Shown here: piece by piece, positions 1-14,791 of the stretch
Position numbering within the stretch: the stretch's first letter is position 1
Layout of the letters: each line of letters starts with the position of its first letter
Assembly: GCA_964016885.1 (NCBI GenBank)
Contig: OZ024747.1
Location: 46,996,001 to 47,060,000 of the forward strand
Source: Eledone cirrhosa
Taxonomy: Eukaryota
DNA: 64,000 nucleotides
Direction: 5' to 3'
The notes under the pieces: generated by a model
Told to the model about the DNA's origin: nothing
Seen by the model: only the letters and a program-made list of their open reading frames with translations
Databases searched by the model: none
Made by a program: the position numbers and the translations under genes

Positions 1-288
1 GGAGTGTTGGTAATACCAGGTAGAACAACTATTATGAAATATACCATTAAATAATTCTGGCAATTCTAACCTTCCATAACCATAGAAAAAACTTTGTTTA
101 CAGTTTACGATTGAAACATGCGGTTATGGAATACATCGATCGGTAATTAAATAGTTTTTAATATGTTATATATATAATGATCCTGGCGATAAATAATATT
201 CAAAGTAAATGAAAAATGTGTTGATCAAATAAATATTATTAACTGTTGAACTTGGTGACTTATTTCTTAGTTAATATATGCTCTGTGA

Positions 289-662
289 TAGCAAGTCAAT
301 AAATCAACAAGCCAGAACATATAAAATCAAGGGAGTGTAAACACAGAAAATATCTTTAAAAATAATTGTTTCTACTTTAGGCACAAGGCCAGCAATTAAC
401 CAGTGCATTACTGGTACTTTATTTTATCGACCCCGTAAGGATGAAAGGCAAAGTCAACTTCGGCGGGATTTGAACTCAGATCGTAAAGGGACGTAACTAT
501 GCTGGAAAGCATGGCGTCCGACCCTCTACTGATACTGCCAATCCACAAAATAATATTAAATAATTAAATTCGGTAATCGCGGTCAGGGCACATATAGTAA
601 GTACAGTGAATTTTTTTGAATTTAATTATTTATTATTATTTTTTAAGATATTTTCTGTGTTT

Positions 663-700
<38 letters not shown>

Positions 701-901
701 GTGTCTGTGTGTGTAAATACAGAAAATATCTTTAAAAATAATAATAAATAATTAAATTCCAAAAAATTCACTGTACTTACTATATGTGCCCTTACCGCGG
801 TTACCGAATTTAATTATGTAATATTATTTTTAAAGATATTTTCTGTGTTTACACTCCCTTGATTTTATATGTTCTGGCTTGTTAATTTATTGACTTGCTA
901 T
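289..901. repeat. Large inverted repeat centred on a (CA)/(TA) microsatellite; left arm interrupted by a SINE
   Basis: 289-366 plus 548-670 is the reverse complement of ~710-901 (tagcaagtcaataaat... / ...atttattgacttgcta). The SINE at 361-546 is flanked by aaaataat on both sides. Confidence 0.85.
361..546 (-). mobile_element. tRNA-derived SINE (family 1), full length
   Basis: Minus strand has an A-box-like tggcagtatcagtag, a B-box gagttcaaatccc and the conserved body ctttgcctttcatccttacggggtcgataaaataaagtaccag. Near-identical copies lie at 5461, 10872, 44029, 56950 and 57181. Confidence 0.9.
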
Positions 902-1372
902 TGAACCACACAGGCATACGGACCATACTTGTATCCCTGTATGTATTAATTACATATAGGACATACTTTTATTATATATACGTATATATATGTATGTATA
1001 TTCTGTCCAGATCTCGCAATTCTACTTATAATATCTTAATAGTACACAGGAATATTCGTGCTTCTTCCTATTAAATATATTTTTACTGTCACCCAATATT
1101 ATCTCTTTACTTTAAATACTGAAAATCTGGTTATGTATTTTCTGCAGTCGCTTTTTAAACTGAATAGACATTTGTACTCAATCACCGCTTTCAATAAATA
1201 TACGAAAGATGTTTTCAATTATGTTATCTAGATAAGATGTATACGTGCATTGATCTGTGTATTGCACACATACCTACATGGACACAAACATACACAAGCA
1301 CATGCACACATGGATACATACAGCCGCACATACGCTGACATACACACAGATACACACATATACACACAAACA

Positions 1373-1660
1373 CACATGGCTTAGTGTTTGGAGCGTTGGG
1401 CTCTCAATCGTGAGGCGTGACACGTTATTTCACGCCGATCCAGTTCACTCAGCTGTAAAATTGAATTGCGACACCACTGATGCCAAGCTGTATCAGTCTT
1501 TGCCTTTCCCGTGGACAAAATCGGTGGCGTGGAGACGGAAGACACGTATGCATAATGGACTGCTGGTCTTCCTCGAATAACCTTACCCGCATTGTGCCTC
1601 GGATGGGAAACGTTCTTTGTGCAATTCCCAAGGTCATTTGTGACCGAAGGGAGTCCTTTA
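1373..1660 (+). mobile_element. Degenerate SINE-like element (second family)
   Basis: tRNA-like start (catggcttagtg...) and a ttatttcacg...cagttcactcagctg motif shared with 1856-1965, 37170-37400 and 56500-56780. Confidence 0.5.
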
Positions 1661-1715
1661 CACACATACACCAAAATATATATATCAATACCTATCAATA
1701 TCTATATCTATCTAT

Positions 1716-1758
<43 letters not shown>

Positions 1759-1855
1759 GAACGATCGACTTTCGTCAAATCGGACCGAGGGAACAGTGTT
1801 TCCGTTGGTCTTTCCAATTGCTAATACTATCTATCGGTCGCAACTCCAGGTAGAA

Positions 1856-1963
1856 GGAGCAACGTGAAATAAAGTGTCTTGCTCAAGGACATAACGCATC
1901 GCCTGGTCCAGGAATCGAACTCACAACCTTACGATTGCGAATCCAATTCCCTAACCACACGCC

Positions 1964-1965
<2 letters not shown>
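1856..1965 (-). mobile_element. SINE 5' tRNA-like head (second family)
   Basis: Minus strand reads gcgtgtggttagg...gagttcgattcctgg (B box)...tgtccttgagcaagacactttatttcacgttgctcc. Confidence 0.65.
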
Positions 1966-2015
<50 letters not shown>

Positions 2016-2025
2016 TATATATATT

Positions 2026-2056
<31 letters not shown>

Positions 2057-2077
2057 TTATATATATTTATATATATT

Positions 2078-2212
<135 letters not shown>

Positions 2213-2510
2213 ATGAACCACCTTAAATCATAGACATACTATATATTTCCGGGGGTACATTGTACCCTCAGATATATATTAACCTTTTTCAATAATCTCC
2301 AGTATGTAGAGATACAAATTTGTCGTTATATTTAGTTACTAAAAATCCTTTTTTTTAGTGGCGAGCTATAGACGGCGAGTCTACGATTTCCCGCCTTCAC
2401 TATACACCAATGTATTTACGGGGCACTTTCACGACCTTTTAGACCTGTATTAGTTGGAGTGAGGTCATATATTTTGTCGTTCCTGGGGTTTTTAACCCTA
2501 GGACAGGAAA

Positions 2511-2596
2511 ATGCTTCTCTGATGATCGTTGCTTTTCCATTAATATCCTGGTGATATTTAATGTTTTGCACCGTGAAACTGTACAGTTAGGGCCAT
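2511..2596 (+). ncRNA. Type I hammerhead ribozyme motif with extended stem II
   Basis: atgcttct-CTGATGA-[49-nt hairpin tcgttgc..cattaatatc/gatatttaatg..gcaccgt]-GAAA-ctgtacag-TT-agggccat. Stem III is the palindrome ACTGTACAGT. It lies in a ~480-bp island between (TA)n tracts. Confidence 0.7.
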
Positions 2597-2709
2597 TAGA
2601 ATAGGTAAATATTTATATTATATTTTTTAATTTTGATTAATTTTAATTGTATATTAATTTTAATTTATTTTGAAAAATTGGTTGAATTTTACTTGTTCTG
2701 CTTATCTTG

Positions 2710-2806
<97 letters not shown>

Positions 2807-3111
2807 TGGAAGCTTAGTAAAATCGAAGCTTTGGCTGAGGGCAAGCAAAGTCGACCTACAATAGGAATGAGTTAGCAAAGCACTCAATAAGGGTAGGTCC
2901 TTAGAGTCATAACATACGTTTAAATAGCTTGACAAATTGAACATTGCGGTAGGCAAGACCCAACCACACAATACAAAACCAACGAAAATACTAACAGGTT
3001 AAAAAGTTACACCTGGACAAATCAAACGATATGCGTTTAAAATGTTTCTATGAATCCGAAATCAGTTATCCAACTTACGTAACAGGCACGCTCGTGGTAT
3101 TCCATGATCGG

Positions 3112-3142
<31 letters not shown>

Positions 3143-3370
3143 TTATATATATATATATATATAATATATTTATATATATATATATTATATATTTATATAT
3201 ATATATATAATATATTTATATATATATATACATAATATATTTATATATATATATATATATAATATATTTATATATATATATATTATATATTTATATATAT
3301 ATATATAATATATTTATATATATATATACATATATATATAATATATTTATATATATATATATATATAATA

Positions 3371-3405
<35 letters not shown>

Positions 3406-3501
3406 TATATATATATATATATAATATATTTATATATATATATATTATATATTAAATATATATATATATATATTAAATATTAAATATATATATATATATA
3501 T

Positions 3502-3598
<97 letters not shown>

Positions 3599-3819
3599 AG
3601 TAAAAAACGAAAAATCAGTGATGCATCTGAACTCAATTTATTGTGTGTTACAATTGTTTCCCCGGCGGACAACTGGAGACGCGATCATTGTGTGGATCTG
3701 TCTGATTCTGGTCCAGATGCATCGCTGATTTTTCGTTTTCTGTTCTATCATACTCTGCTCTGTAAGAACATAGAGTGCTACACCGGCCTACCGCCTATGG
3801 AAGCATCTTAACTACCATC

Positions 3820-3874
<55 letters not shown>

Positions 3875-3922
3875 TAAGTATGTATACGTACATACATATA
3901 TGTATACAGACGTACAGTAGTA

Positions 3923-3962
<40 letters not shown>

Positions 3963-4080
3963 CATGCACACATATATATATATGTACGTATGGATTCACC
4001 GAACATTTATTATAATGCTCGGTGTATTTGTAAACGAACATCACGGTGAATCCATACGTACATATATATATGTGTGCATG

Positions 4081-4124
<44 letters not shown>

Positions 4125-4223
4125 TACTACTGTACGTCTGTATACATACTTATATTTAAGTAACTAAGAGTGAGAAATGAAATTTCGTTTCATTTTTTCC
4201 GTTTATATATATATACATATACA

Positions 4224-4423
4224 TAGGAACATGTATAACCCCGCCAGACGACAGAGCTCCAGGCCGTTTTGACGGTATTTCTAGAGCCAGAAATAGCCGT
4301 CGAAATGGCTTGAGCTCTGCCGTCGGGGTCAAACATTTTCCTATTACCCACACTACTACCCTAAGTATTGAGTACTCTGGTGCGTTATGGTCCATCTGGT
4401 TCCTTACCACACCTCCTTTGTTA
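4224..4423 (+). mobile_element. Fold-back PLE-type 3'-end fragment (family B)
   Basis: About 55-bp inverted arms plus a ~77-nt tail (ttacccacactactaccctaagtattgagtact...). Contains an HHR 3' half, GAAA-(c/t)ggc-ttgagctct-gccGTC. Copies at 11325, 40762, 46791 and 62917, all in (TA)n. Confidence 0.7.
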
Positions 4424-4516
4424 TATATATATATATACAAGGGCGGTGCCCCAGCAGGGCCTCAGCCGGATGGCTGAAACAGGTAAAAGAGTAAAAGAGA
4501 GATATATATATATATA

Positions 4517-5095
4517 GGACTATTTTTATCATATGTAACCCATGTGCAACCACGCAGTATTCTTTCTTCTCATGTTTTTTATATATATTGACCTCTGCTG
4601 CGTTTGTCTGTTTCTCTCTTACTGCTTCTCCTCTTTCTCTCTGTGTTTCTCTCACCTTCTTTCGCCCCCTCTGTCAGTTACACTTTCTCTCGACTGGCCA
4701 CTTCCACTCTTTCACTCTCTGTTTCTCCCCTTCTCACTTCTTCCCGTTTGGCCTGTGTGGGTTCTCTTCTTGCTCACATCTCACTCACGTCAGATGGTCT
4801 GTATATCGCTCGCTCATGAAATCCACCCAGCTAAAGCTGACCGGATAACCATGTTGCTTGTTTTTTCCTATCTTTGTGTTGCTATCAATCCTTCCATGTT
4901 TGTTTACTTGTCTCGCCCGTTTTACGCGATTTACTTGTCCCAATAGCTTTATTTATCTATTGCTCGCACCAACCGGAGGTATATGATTTTTAAAGCGATG
5001 AAATACCAATAAAGGTTGGAAAATCACTGACGAAGGACTATTTTTATCATATGTAAGCCATGTGCAACCACGCAGTATTCTTTCTTCTCGTGTAT
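4517..5095. repeat. Island with ~60-bp direct terminal repeats (period 518), flanked by (TA)n
   Basis: ggactatttttatcatatgtaa(c/g)ccatgtgcaaccacgcagtattctttcttctc occurs at 4517 and 5035. This partial-tandem layout resembles a PLE pseudo-LTR. Confidence 0.6.
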
Positions 5096-5460
5096 TATAT
5101 ATATATATATATACATACATATGGGGGCGGAGTGAATGTATGTATTTGTATAAGTGCGCGCGCTTGAGTATAGTATATTCATTTTCATTTTGACTGTGCA
5201 TTTTTTCGTTATATCTATTATATAATCCATGTTTCTAATTATTTATTTCTTTATCAATATATAATGTCGTCTGTAATATAGTTTTATTAAAACTTTACAA
5301 TGTAGTTGCTTAATAAGAACCTACCACTTAAAAAGTCTTCTATGATAGTTTCTTGTTTATAACATATTTTACATTGACGTTTTCTCGTGTAAGATGGCTG
5401 GTTTTAGCTCACAAATTTCAATTATTATTTCAAGTATTATTGAGGCCTATTAATTCTTAT

Positions 5461-5630
5461 CGGTAGAGGGTCGGACGCCATGCTTTAACGCATAGAGTTA
5501 CGGCCCTTGCCATTCTGAGTTCAAATCCCGCCGAGGTTAACTTTGCCTTTCATCCTTACGGGGTCGATAAAATAAAGTACCTGTAATGTACTGAGTAATT
5601 GCTGGCCTTGTGCCAAAAGTAGAAACAATT
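5461..5630 (+). mobile_element. tRNA-derived SINE (family 1), slightly 5'-truncated, with 12-bp TSD
   Basis: Same body as 361-546. Target-site duplication attaattcttat at 5449-5460 and 5628-5639. Confidence 0.9.
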
Positions 5631-6518
5631 AATTCTTATATCAATATATATTTTTTCTAATCTCAAAACTAAAAACAAACTAATCCTGTAATCAAATGCC
5701 GTGAAGATTTCATGTTGCTGTTTTACCCACATCTCAGCTGCCATCATAGCTGTTCCAGCCATTACATATATTTTGTAAAAAAAACTTTCTGGATTTCATC
5801 TTGTCCTAAGTTTTGCATGTACAGCTAGCTATACAAATCTGTAAGCATGTCGCTCTCTTTTCGATGAAACATTGAATTTGCTATAGTTATGTGGTCGCCA
5901 TGAAATGGTGTCAGAAATTCTGGGGTGAGGTATTTGTAGAGAGTTTGAGGGCTTAAGCTGCATGGTCACCATGAGTAACGTTGAGAGGGGTTGAAATGTA
6001 TAGTAACTTTAAAATGATTCTACAACACCAACTCGCCTTTTTGTAACGTTGCATGCCTGTTGCAAACATTTAGACAAAGTCAGTGTGATGAGATCTATTC
6101 ATTTCTTTCAAATTTTCCTATAACAGTCATCCCCACCTCTTCTAATAGAATAATCTATAAAAACTACCTGCAGCATGTTTCATTTAAACACATGTTGTTA
6201 CTGGCCGAGTGATCAAGAACTTGTTACAAACATGAAAAACTGCGGGATATCTTATATAAGTGTATGTTACCGTAGGCTCAAGTCAACTAAAGCATTATGC
6301 CTTAGATTGCTGTTGTCGGAAACAGCGTGGAATCTCGTTGGGTTGATTATACCTGTAATTCAAAGAGTCAACCTTGTCACACTGTGTGACAGATTGATTC
6401 TGCCTGCTGAGTAGATTAAGTGTACAAAAGCCGGTTTACATTATATTTTAGGTTAGGTATTTTAGTCATCCAACAAATGGATTACTCATTATAGAAACTA
6501 ATGGACATTTATTTACTA

Positions 6519-7113
6519 CTAGCAGTGGTACCCGACGTTGCACGGGATAAGGTATTTTGGAACGCGGGCCGCCAACAGACCTAATCGTGGAAAAACTGCA
6601 TACCTGGACAATATGTAAAGAAAATAAACCGAATACTCTGATGGCTGGATAATCTTTAAGATTTTCCTCAATGAAGCAGGAAAAATGCAGGTTTTCACCT
6701 AATGGGGGCCCTAGGAGATCAAGATAATGAATTATTTTATGTGCATAATATGCCTTGAAATTTCGAGAAAAATCGGCTAGACGTAACGCCTAAAAAAAGA
6801 TCTAAAAAGCTGAAAAAAATGAAGTTTTTCACCTAATGCTTACCTAGGCCATCAAAAAGTTGGATTTTCTTTACTCACAGTATGAAGAAGAGACTGACTA
6901 ATACATAGTTACAATTTCAAGAAAATCGGTCTGACGTAACGCCTCAAAAAAATTCTAAAAACCTGGAAAAAATGCAGTTTTTCACCTAATGTGGGCCCTA
7001 AGGGATCAAAAAGTTGAATTTAATGTGCATAACACTCCCTGAAACATAATTAATACACATGTAAAGTTTGAAAAAATTCGGTTGGGTACTTTTCTAGTTT
7101 TAGGGATTCAAAT

Positions 7114-7161
<48 letters not shown>

Positions 7162-7254
7162 ACACACACACGCACGCACACACACACACACACACACACG
7201 CACGCACGCACGCACGCACGCACGCACAGACATCCTCAGTTTTATATATATAGA
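6519..7254 (-). mobile_element. Non-autonomous Helitron
   Basis: Minus strand starts A|TCtatatatataaaact and ends with hairpin cccgtgcaacgtcggg followed by CTAG|T. There is an internal microsatellite near the 5' end and three degenerate internal repeats (ttttcacctaatg at ~6692, ~6826, ~6979). Confidence 0.8.
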
Positions 7255-7322
7255 TGATGAATACTTACTTCCATTTAATGATTCGGTTCTCAAATTTATT
7301 TTTCTGACTTCACACTGTAATA

Positions 7323-8365
7323 TCTACTTATATATATAACCAGCAATTTCTCTGTCTGTCTGTCCGACAGTGGAAACACGTGCGTAGAGAGAGAGTGAGA
7401 GTGAAAGAAAGAGACAGACTACGAGAGGGGGATAGCGGGAGGGAGAAAGGGAGAGAGAGAGAGAGAGTGAATAGACGCTAAAACACGTGCTACAGAAATA
7501 TTACCTTCCCCTCTCCACTGACTTTGGTCACTGAGGCCAAGGGAATAGCTGGTTGCTATAGAGACACCTTGCACAAGCCAGAAGTAACCAGTTTGAGGCG
7601 GTTCTGACTTGACACCATGCGAAGAAGGTTGCCATTGAATTTGTGGTTGTTGCTGCTGATAATAAGGACCATTTGAAGAAGGTTGCTGCTGATAAGGTAA
7701 TTTATTAATCAGATTGCGCAGTTCCATAACCTACGTTTGATTTGTTCAATTTTTCAATTTTTTTGTTGTTTTTTTTTATTTCTTATTGAAAAAATATAAA
7801 TAATAAAATAAGGTTAGAAATTTAAATACAATTAAATACGATTTAATTTCCATTTCCAGCAGCCAATGTCCAGTGTTCAATTTCATGAAAAAATTGGAAA
7901 TAATTCAAAAAATTGAAGTTTAACTTTTAAACATTTGTTTTGACAATAAAAAAATATTTCCTTATTCACACCTAATGGTATGATTAGAATTTCATAGGAA
8001 TATTTTTTTTCTAACCGCCAGTTATTTATTTTCTCCTTTTTCGTTTTAACATATATTTATTTCAAAGATTTCACCGTATAGATAACATATATATTTATAC
8101 ATGCATAAAAGACACACCGAGAGACGGTGAACATGTGGTGCCGAAAACATTTCTCATCCAAATCTCAACAATATCAGTATATACACTAGATTTGCTAGCA
8201 GAAAACCGCCCACCGGGTGGTTTTCTGCTATTCTATATATCTAAAACAGAGAATGTCTGTCTGACTCCCTAAAACTCGACAACCACCCAACCGATTGTTT
8301 TCAAACTTTACACTTGTATTACTTATGGTAATTTTCAATGAACTACGGACCGCATTAGGTGATTT
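7323..8365 (+). mobile_element. Further Helitron-like non-autonomous pieces
   Basis: Helitron-like 5' ends at 7323 (a|tctacttatatatataa..tgtctgtctgtc) and 8232 (tctatatatctaaaacagagaatgtctgtctg, similar to the 5' end of 6519-7254). GC hairpin tagcagaaaaccgccc/gggtggttttctgcta at 8195-8230. Confidence 0.5.
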
Positions 8366-8483
8366 AGCACACACACGCACAGACACACACGCACACACAA
8401 ACACATATATATATATACATATATATACATACATATATATATATATGTGTGTATGTGTGTGTGTATATACATACGTATATATA

Positions 8484-9360
8484 GAATAGAATGAAACGAA
8501 ATTTCATTTGTCACTCTTAGTACGGCACTTACTTAAATGTAAGTATGTATGTATGTATACAGACGTACAGTAGTATGTATATATATACATACATGTACAC
8601 ATATATATATATGCACGTATCGGTTTACCGAACATTTATTATAATGCTCGGTTTGTTTGTTTGTTTGTACGGCGTAATTCGGGCTGTTTGTAAACAAACA
8701 AACAGCCCGAATTACGCCGTACAGTGTTTAGGCAACCACGTCACCTTTTTGTTCAACACTGACACAGGAACGATGTACTAGTTTCAAGCTTATTAGCTAT
8801 CGTCAGCATCGTATACCTTCCTGCCAGATGGTTGAACCTCTGAAAGTATATACTTTCCTTATGCATATTAACGGCTGAGCAGCCTAATTTGCATATCGAG
8901 TGAGTTCAGTCGGCCGGGCGCACCGAAAACGATAAATGGATTAGAATGAAACGAAATTTCATTTCTCACTCTTAGTACGGCAGTTACTTAAATGTAAGTA
9001 TGTATGATTGTATACGTACATACATATATGTATACATACGTACAGTAGTATGTATATACATACATACATGCACACATATATATATATGCACGTATCGGTT
9101 TACCGAACATTTATTATAATGCTCGGTTTGTTTGTTTGTAAACAAACAAACAGCCCGAATTACGCCGTACAGTGTGCATGTATGTATATATATACATACT
9201 ACTGTGCATGTATGTATATATATATACATACTACTGTACGTCTGTATACATATATGATTGTACGTATACATACTTACATTTAAGTAAGTGCCGTACTAAG
9301 AGTGAGAAATGAAATTTCGTTTCATTCTATTCCATTTATCGTTTTCGGTGCGCCCGGCCG
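8484..9360 (-). mobile_element. HHR-bearing short element (family A) as partial tandem plus inverted copy
   Basis: The unit start recurs at 8488 and 8943; there is an inverted copy at ~9200-9360 and a local inversion at 8650-8725. Fragments also lie at ~3880-4200 and ~39710-39885. Confidence 0.75.
8770..8812 (-). ncRNA. Minimal type I hammerhead ribozyme
   Basis: Minus strand: acgatg-CTGACGA-t-agct-aata-agct-t-GAAA-ctag-TA-catcgt. Perfect 6-bp stem I, palindromic stem III ACTAGT, GUA cleavage triplet. Confidence 0.9.
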
Positions 9361-9785
9361 AATATATATAATTCTTATGTATTGTTATATATGCAGCAAT
9401 GCCATATGTTTTTGGTGAAAAAATCAAAGACCTGAGTTTTCCTATACTGAACAGATCGAAAGGCAACATGGGTGCATTTATTAGAAAGGATTATATTGAT
9501 ATTTCTTTTTTTTATATCATTATATGTTTACATATATCCCTAAATAACATAGTATGTCTTTGTTCATCTATATCACACGTTCCATCTAAGTATATAGCTG
9601 AAGACTTAATCAACTGTTATCGCAAAATCTAATAGAATGAACAGAGTAGCCTGTGTCCCTAGGAACACAGAGGCAGCCACACATGTCTCTAAATGCATAT
9701 GAACATATATATATATATATATATATTTGTTTGTACATTACAACTAGAATACCTGCCTAACATCAATATCATAGGGACACTCAAG

Positions 9786-9924
<139 letters not shown>

Positions 9925-10083
9925 CCACCACCACCACCACCACATGTATACACGTACACACCGGAGAGAAAACGCAGATTCTCCAATGAGAAGTTCTTTG
10001 ATAAAAGAAATTGAAAATTATAAAGGAAATATTCACATACTATTAGTCATGTTTATTTCGACAAGATACATAATGTTAAATGT

Positions 10084-10174
<91 letters not shown>

Positions 10175-10199
10175 GTATATATATTGAACGGACAACTGA

Positions 10200-10850
10200 T
10201 ATATTGGTTCTCAATTCGAAAGACATGCCTTTGCCACCCAAGTACAGGAGATAACAGCGAAATACCTGATGCACAAAAGAGATAACGATGCAGGCAAAAC
10301 ACCTGGTAATGGCGACAGATGTAGACTCTTTGGAAAAAAACATCGAAGATGTCAAACACATCATATGCAGATGTCCAAAGATGTCATCGCCATGCTATCT
10401 ACTTATGAGGCATGATGTAGTGTCCAAAACATTGTAGAATGCAATGTACTGAACGTATAAAAAGTTACAGTGCTGTCGAAGACATACACATACAAAACAT
10501 GAGAGAGTATTAGTGGAATGTTCCAATAAAATGCAGCAATAACAGATCAGACATCTTGATACGGGACAAAGAAAACAAGGCATGCACAGTAGTAGCTCTC
10601 ATGTGTCCAGCAGATGATAATGTAAAGCTGAAGTTTAGTGAAAAGGAAAACATCTATCCGAACTAATAGAAATCTGCAGATATTCCACATTGACTGTACA
10701 TTGACTGCCTCAGTATAAATCTTGAGGAGCTGAGATTCACAGAACCACAAAGGGTACGGCAAGGGTACGGCTAGTTAAGACGTTTCAAGTACATTCTGTT
10801 AAAATAAATGCAAAAATATGTAAAACATTTCAGAAATATTGCATATAATA
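10200..10850 (+). pseudogene. Decayed 3' part of an RLE-type non-LTR retrotransposon (R4/Dong-like)
   Basis: Manual translation across frameshifts gives QEITAKYL...DRCRLFGK.IEDVKHIICRCPKMS..CYLLMRHDVVSKTL (decayed CCHC knuckle + RHD), then ..SCPADDNVKLKFSEKENIY.. (restriction-like endonuclease region). Confidence 0.7.
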
Positions 10851-10871
10851 ACTGCATATATAAATATATGT

Positions 10872-11047
10872 GTCTACTTTAGGCACAAGGCCAGCAATTA
10901 CCCAGTTCATTACTGATACTTTATTTTATCGACCCCGTAAGGATGAAAGGCAAAGTCAACCTCGGCGGGATTTGAACTCAGATCGTAAAGGGACGTAACT
11001 ATGCTGGAAAGCATGGCGTCCGACCCTCTACCGATACTGCCAATCCA
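10872..11047 (-). mobile_element. tRNA-derived SINE (family 1)
   Basis: Near-identical to 361-546; flanked by ataaatatat on both sides. Confidence 0.9.
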
Positions 11048-11248
11048 TAAATATATAGCCACAGAAACATACTGATTCACTCATGTAATAACACCCATGT
11101 CTACACAATTACATCCAAACACATTGACGTACATACTTATTTGCCTAGTTGGTGTTTTCTAAATGGTAATGAAAGAGTCTTGTTTATATATATATATATA
11201 TAGAAGTGGTTACACACAGCAGTTAGTTCACCATACCGAGAACAATTG

Positions 11249-11314
<66 letters not shown>

Positions 11315-11324
11315 ATATATATAT

Positions 11325-11515
11325 ATGAAAAAGTATGACCCCGACGGCAGAGCTCAAGCCGTTTCGATGGCTATTTCTGTCCAGAAATAGCCGTCGAAAT
11401 AGCTTGAGCTCTGCTGTCGGGTCATACTTTTTCCTATTTCCCACCCTACTACCCTACGTATTGAGTACTCTGGTGCGTTATGGTCCATCTGGTTACTTAC
11501 CACAATTCCTGTGTT
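11325..11515 (+). mobile_element. Fold-back PLE-type 3'-end fragment (family B)
   Basis: Hairpin gaaaaagtatgaccccgacgg...ctgtcgggtcatactttttc plus the shared tail; flanked by (TA)n. Confidence 0.7.
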
Positions 11516-11521
11516 ATATAT

Positions 11522-11610
<89 letters not shown>

Positions 11611-11668
11611 TATATATATTTATTGGTGAAATTTATGAAATAAAGACAGAACATACATAAATAAATAT

Positions 11669-11963
11669 GGTGGCTGCCAACTCGTTTTCGAGTACGGCCA
11701 CTACTTTATATCCATGTAGGAGAACCCCTACCAATGTGCTGAACGAGTGTGACTTTTTAGTCCAGCCAGCGACCTGAAAACTCTGGTACAAACACTACAC
11801 TTGTGACAATTATTGACACATAGTGCTGGGCCCATGGTACTATGTGACGACAAGTGCAGAGAGATCTCCAGATATAAAGCAATGCTTGTGCCGTGAAGCT
11901 TTTATAGTGAGTAAAGGCACTGCACAAAGCCAATCCCACTCTCTTAACCAAGATGATATTTAC
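11669..11963 (-). repeat. Dispersed repeat; inverted copy of 54476-54770
   Basis: About 295 bp align in reverse complement with scattered mismatches. Confidence 0.85.
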
Positions 11964-12582
11964 ATAAATACATGCATACATACATACATACATCAGTACA
12001 TGCAAACATATAGGCATGTAGTGAATGCACAAGTAGAACAAATGATGAAAGAAAATATATGAAGAGAGAAAACAAGAGAAATGTCAATGTTAAAAAAATG
12101 AAAATATTCCAAAAGAAATTAAATAGGACCATTGATGCAGAGCATAGATTTCTGCGTATGAAGCAAGAAGTATCATTAAAAGGAACATGTAAATACAGAT
12201 GCACTCAGATACAGGCAAACATACACACGCATACTATATATATGTGTGTGTGTGCGTATATTTATGAACAAATATATATATATATGTGTGTGTATATATA
12301 TATATGCATATATGTATATATATGTTTATATATGTATATATATATATATTTTTTTATATATGTATGTATGTATATATATATGTATTTTTATATATGTATG
12401 TATATATATATGTATATATATGTTTATATATATATATTTATATATGTATATATATATATTTATATAGATATATGTATGTATATATATATATATTTATATA
12501 TGTATGTATATAGATATAGATATACATATAGATATAAATATATATAACGATATTTATATATCTATATATATATATGTATACG

Positions 12583-12633
<51 letters not shown>

Positions 12634-12635
12634 AC

Positions 12636-12689
<54 letters not shown>

Positions 12690-12756
12690 GTGTGTGTGTC
12701 TATATATATATATATGTACATGTATGTGTATATATATGTACATGTGTGTGTATATA

Positions 12757-12787
<31 letters not shown>

Positions 12788-13025
12788 GTACATGTATGTG
12801 TATATAAATATATGTATATATATATATTTTTTTTTATGCACACACAATGTTGTAAGACCAGCAAAATGAACAAAGAAATCTTGAGACAGAATAAGAAAAT
12901 ATTTCCGAAGAACATTCGGTGCAAAGTTTTATTTGATTTCATTTGATTTTTCATTTGATATTTTCTCCTCTACCTCCTTATCATGGTTGTTATGGTTTTG
13001 TTTTTTGTTGATGTCATTATTGTTA

Positions 13026-13079
<54 letters not shown>

Positions 13080-13759
13080 TTATTACTATGATGATCATCA
13101 TCATCTTCATTATTATTGTTTTGTTGTTGTTGATGTTGTTGTTGTTATGTCTCAGAGGTCAGCCAGATATGGCGGTTTCTGAGTGCAATTGTGTAGCGGT
13201 CATTTGTCAAGATTACAATCATTGCATCGTTTCAAAGAAGTTTCTTTTTGGGGAAGGGGCGGGGGGGGGAACACACAGCTTCTTCATGATCTGCCCATAT
13301 TGACTAGCTATCGATTATGAACAGAGAGCGCTCTCTGCCATGTAACATTGTCGCGCTTCACATACATACATACACACATACACACATACATATACGAACA
13401 CACACTAACAAAAAACAACATAAAATAAAGTGTCGGTGAAGTGAAGAAGTAAAGAAGGGTTGGCAAAGTTTACAAAGAAAAAGTTTTAAAAAATCACATA
13501 GAAGAAAAGATAACTGGCAATAAAAAAATTAACATCTAACGATCTGAAAACATAACTCTATGTGGTGTTACATCATTTATCGTTACATGTATTTAGTGCA
13601 TTCAGTACAAACTGATATTCCCTTATGTATGGTTGTTAGCAATTTTCTTTACTTTATGGTTCTCATTTTTGTCCTTTAAATGTACTTTTTCCATGCAAAA
13701 AATGCCACTGGAAAATTATTTTCCTTTCTAAGATTTATTAACGCCCGCATACATAAATA

Positions 13760-14569
<810 letters not shown>

Positions 14570-14791
14570 CGGATTAACAAATAATAGTTAAATGCAGTCC
14601 ACTTAGGTGAAGTCCAGTTATGGTATTCCAGGTAGTGGATGATATTAACGCTTGGCTTGGTTTGACTCAACAAGGCGTTTTCATAGTGATGCTGCGGGTA
14701 TGCTGTAATTCCTATGTTGTAAACACTTGGAGTAATAATAAATCAGGAAAGAAGGTTTACATGGTTTGCTATACAAAAAAGTTTTTAATCA

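Noticed and set aside
361-546. Genuine tRNA genes
   Set aside because: The A/B boxes belong to multi-copy SINE heads with long bodies and TSDs; no cloverleaf.
5021-5095. CTGACGA-aggac as a hammerhead
   Set aside because: No matching stem II partner or GAAA-stem III could be found downstream.
7419-7727. Q/P-rich 102-aa ORF
   Set aside because: It lies inside a Helitron-like segment, has an internal short repeat and runs into (CT)n; no recognisable homology.
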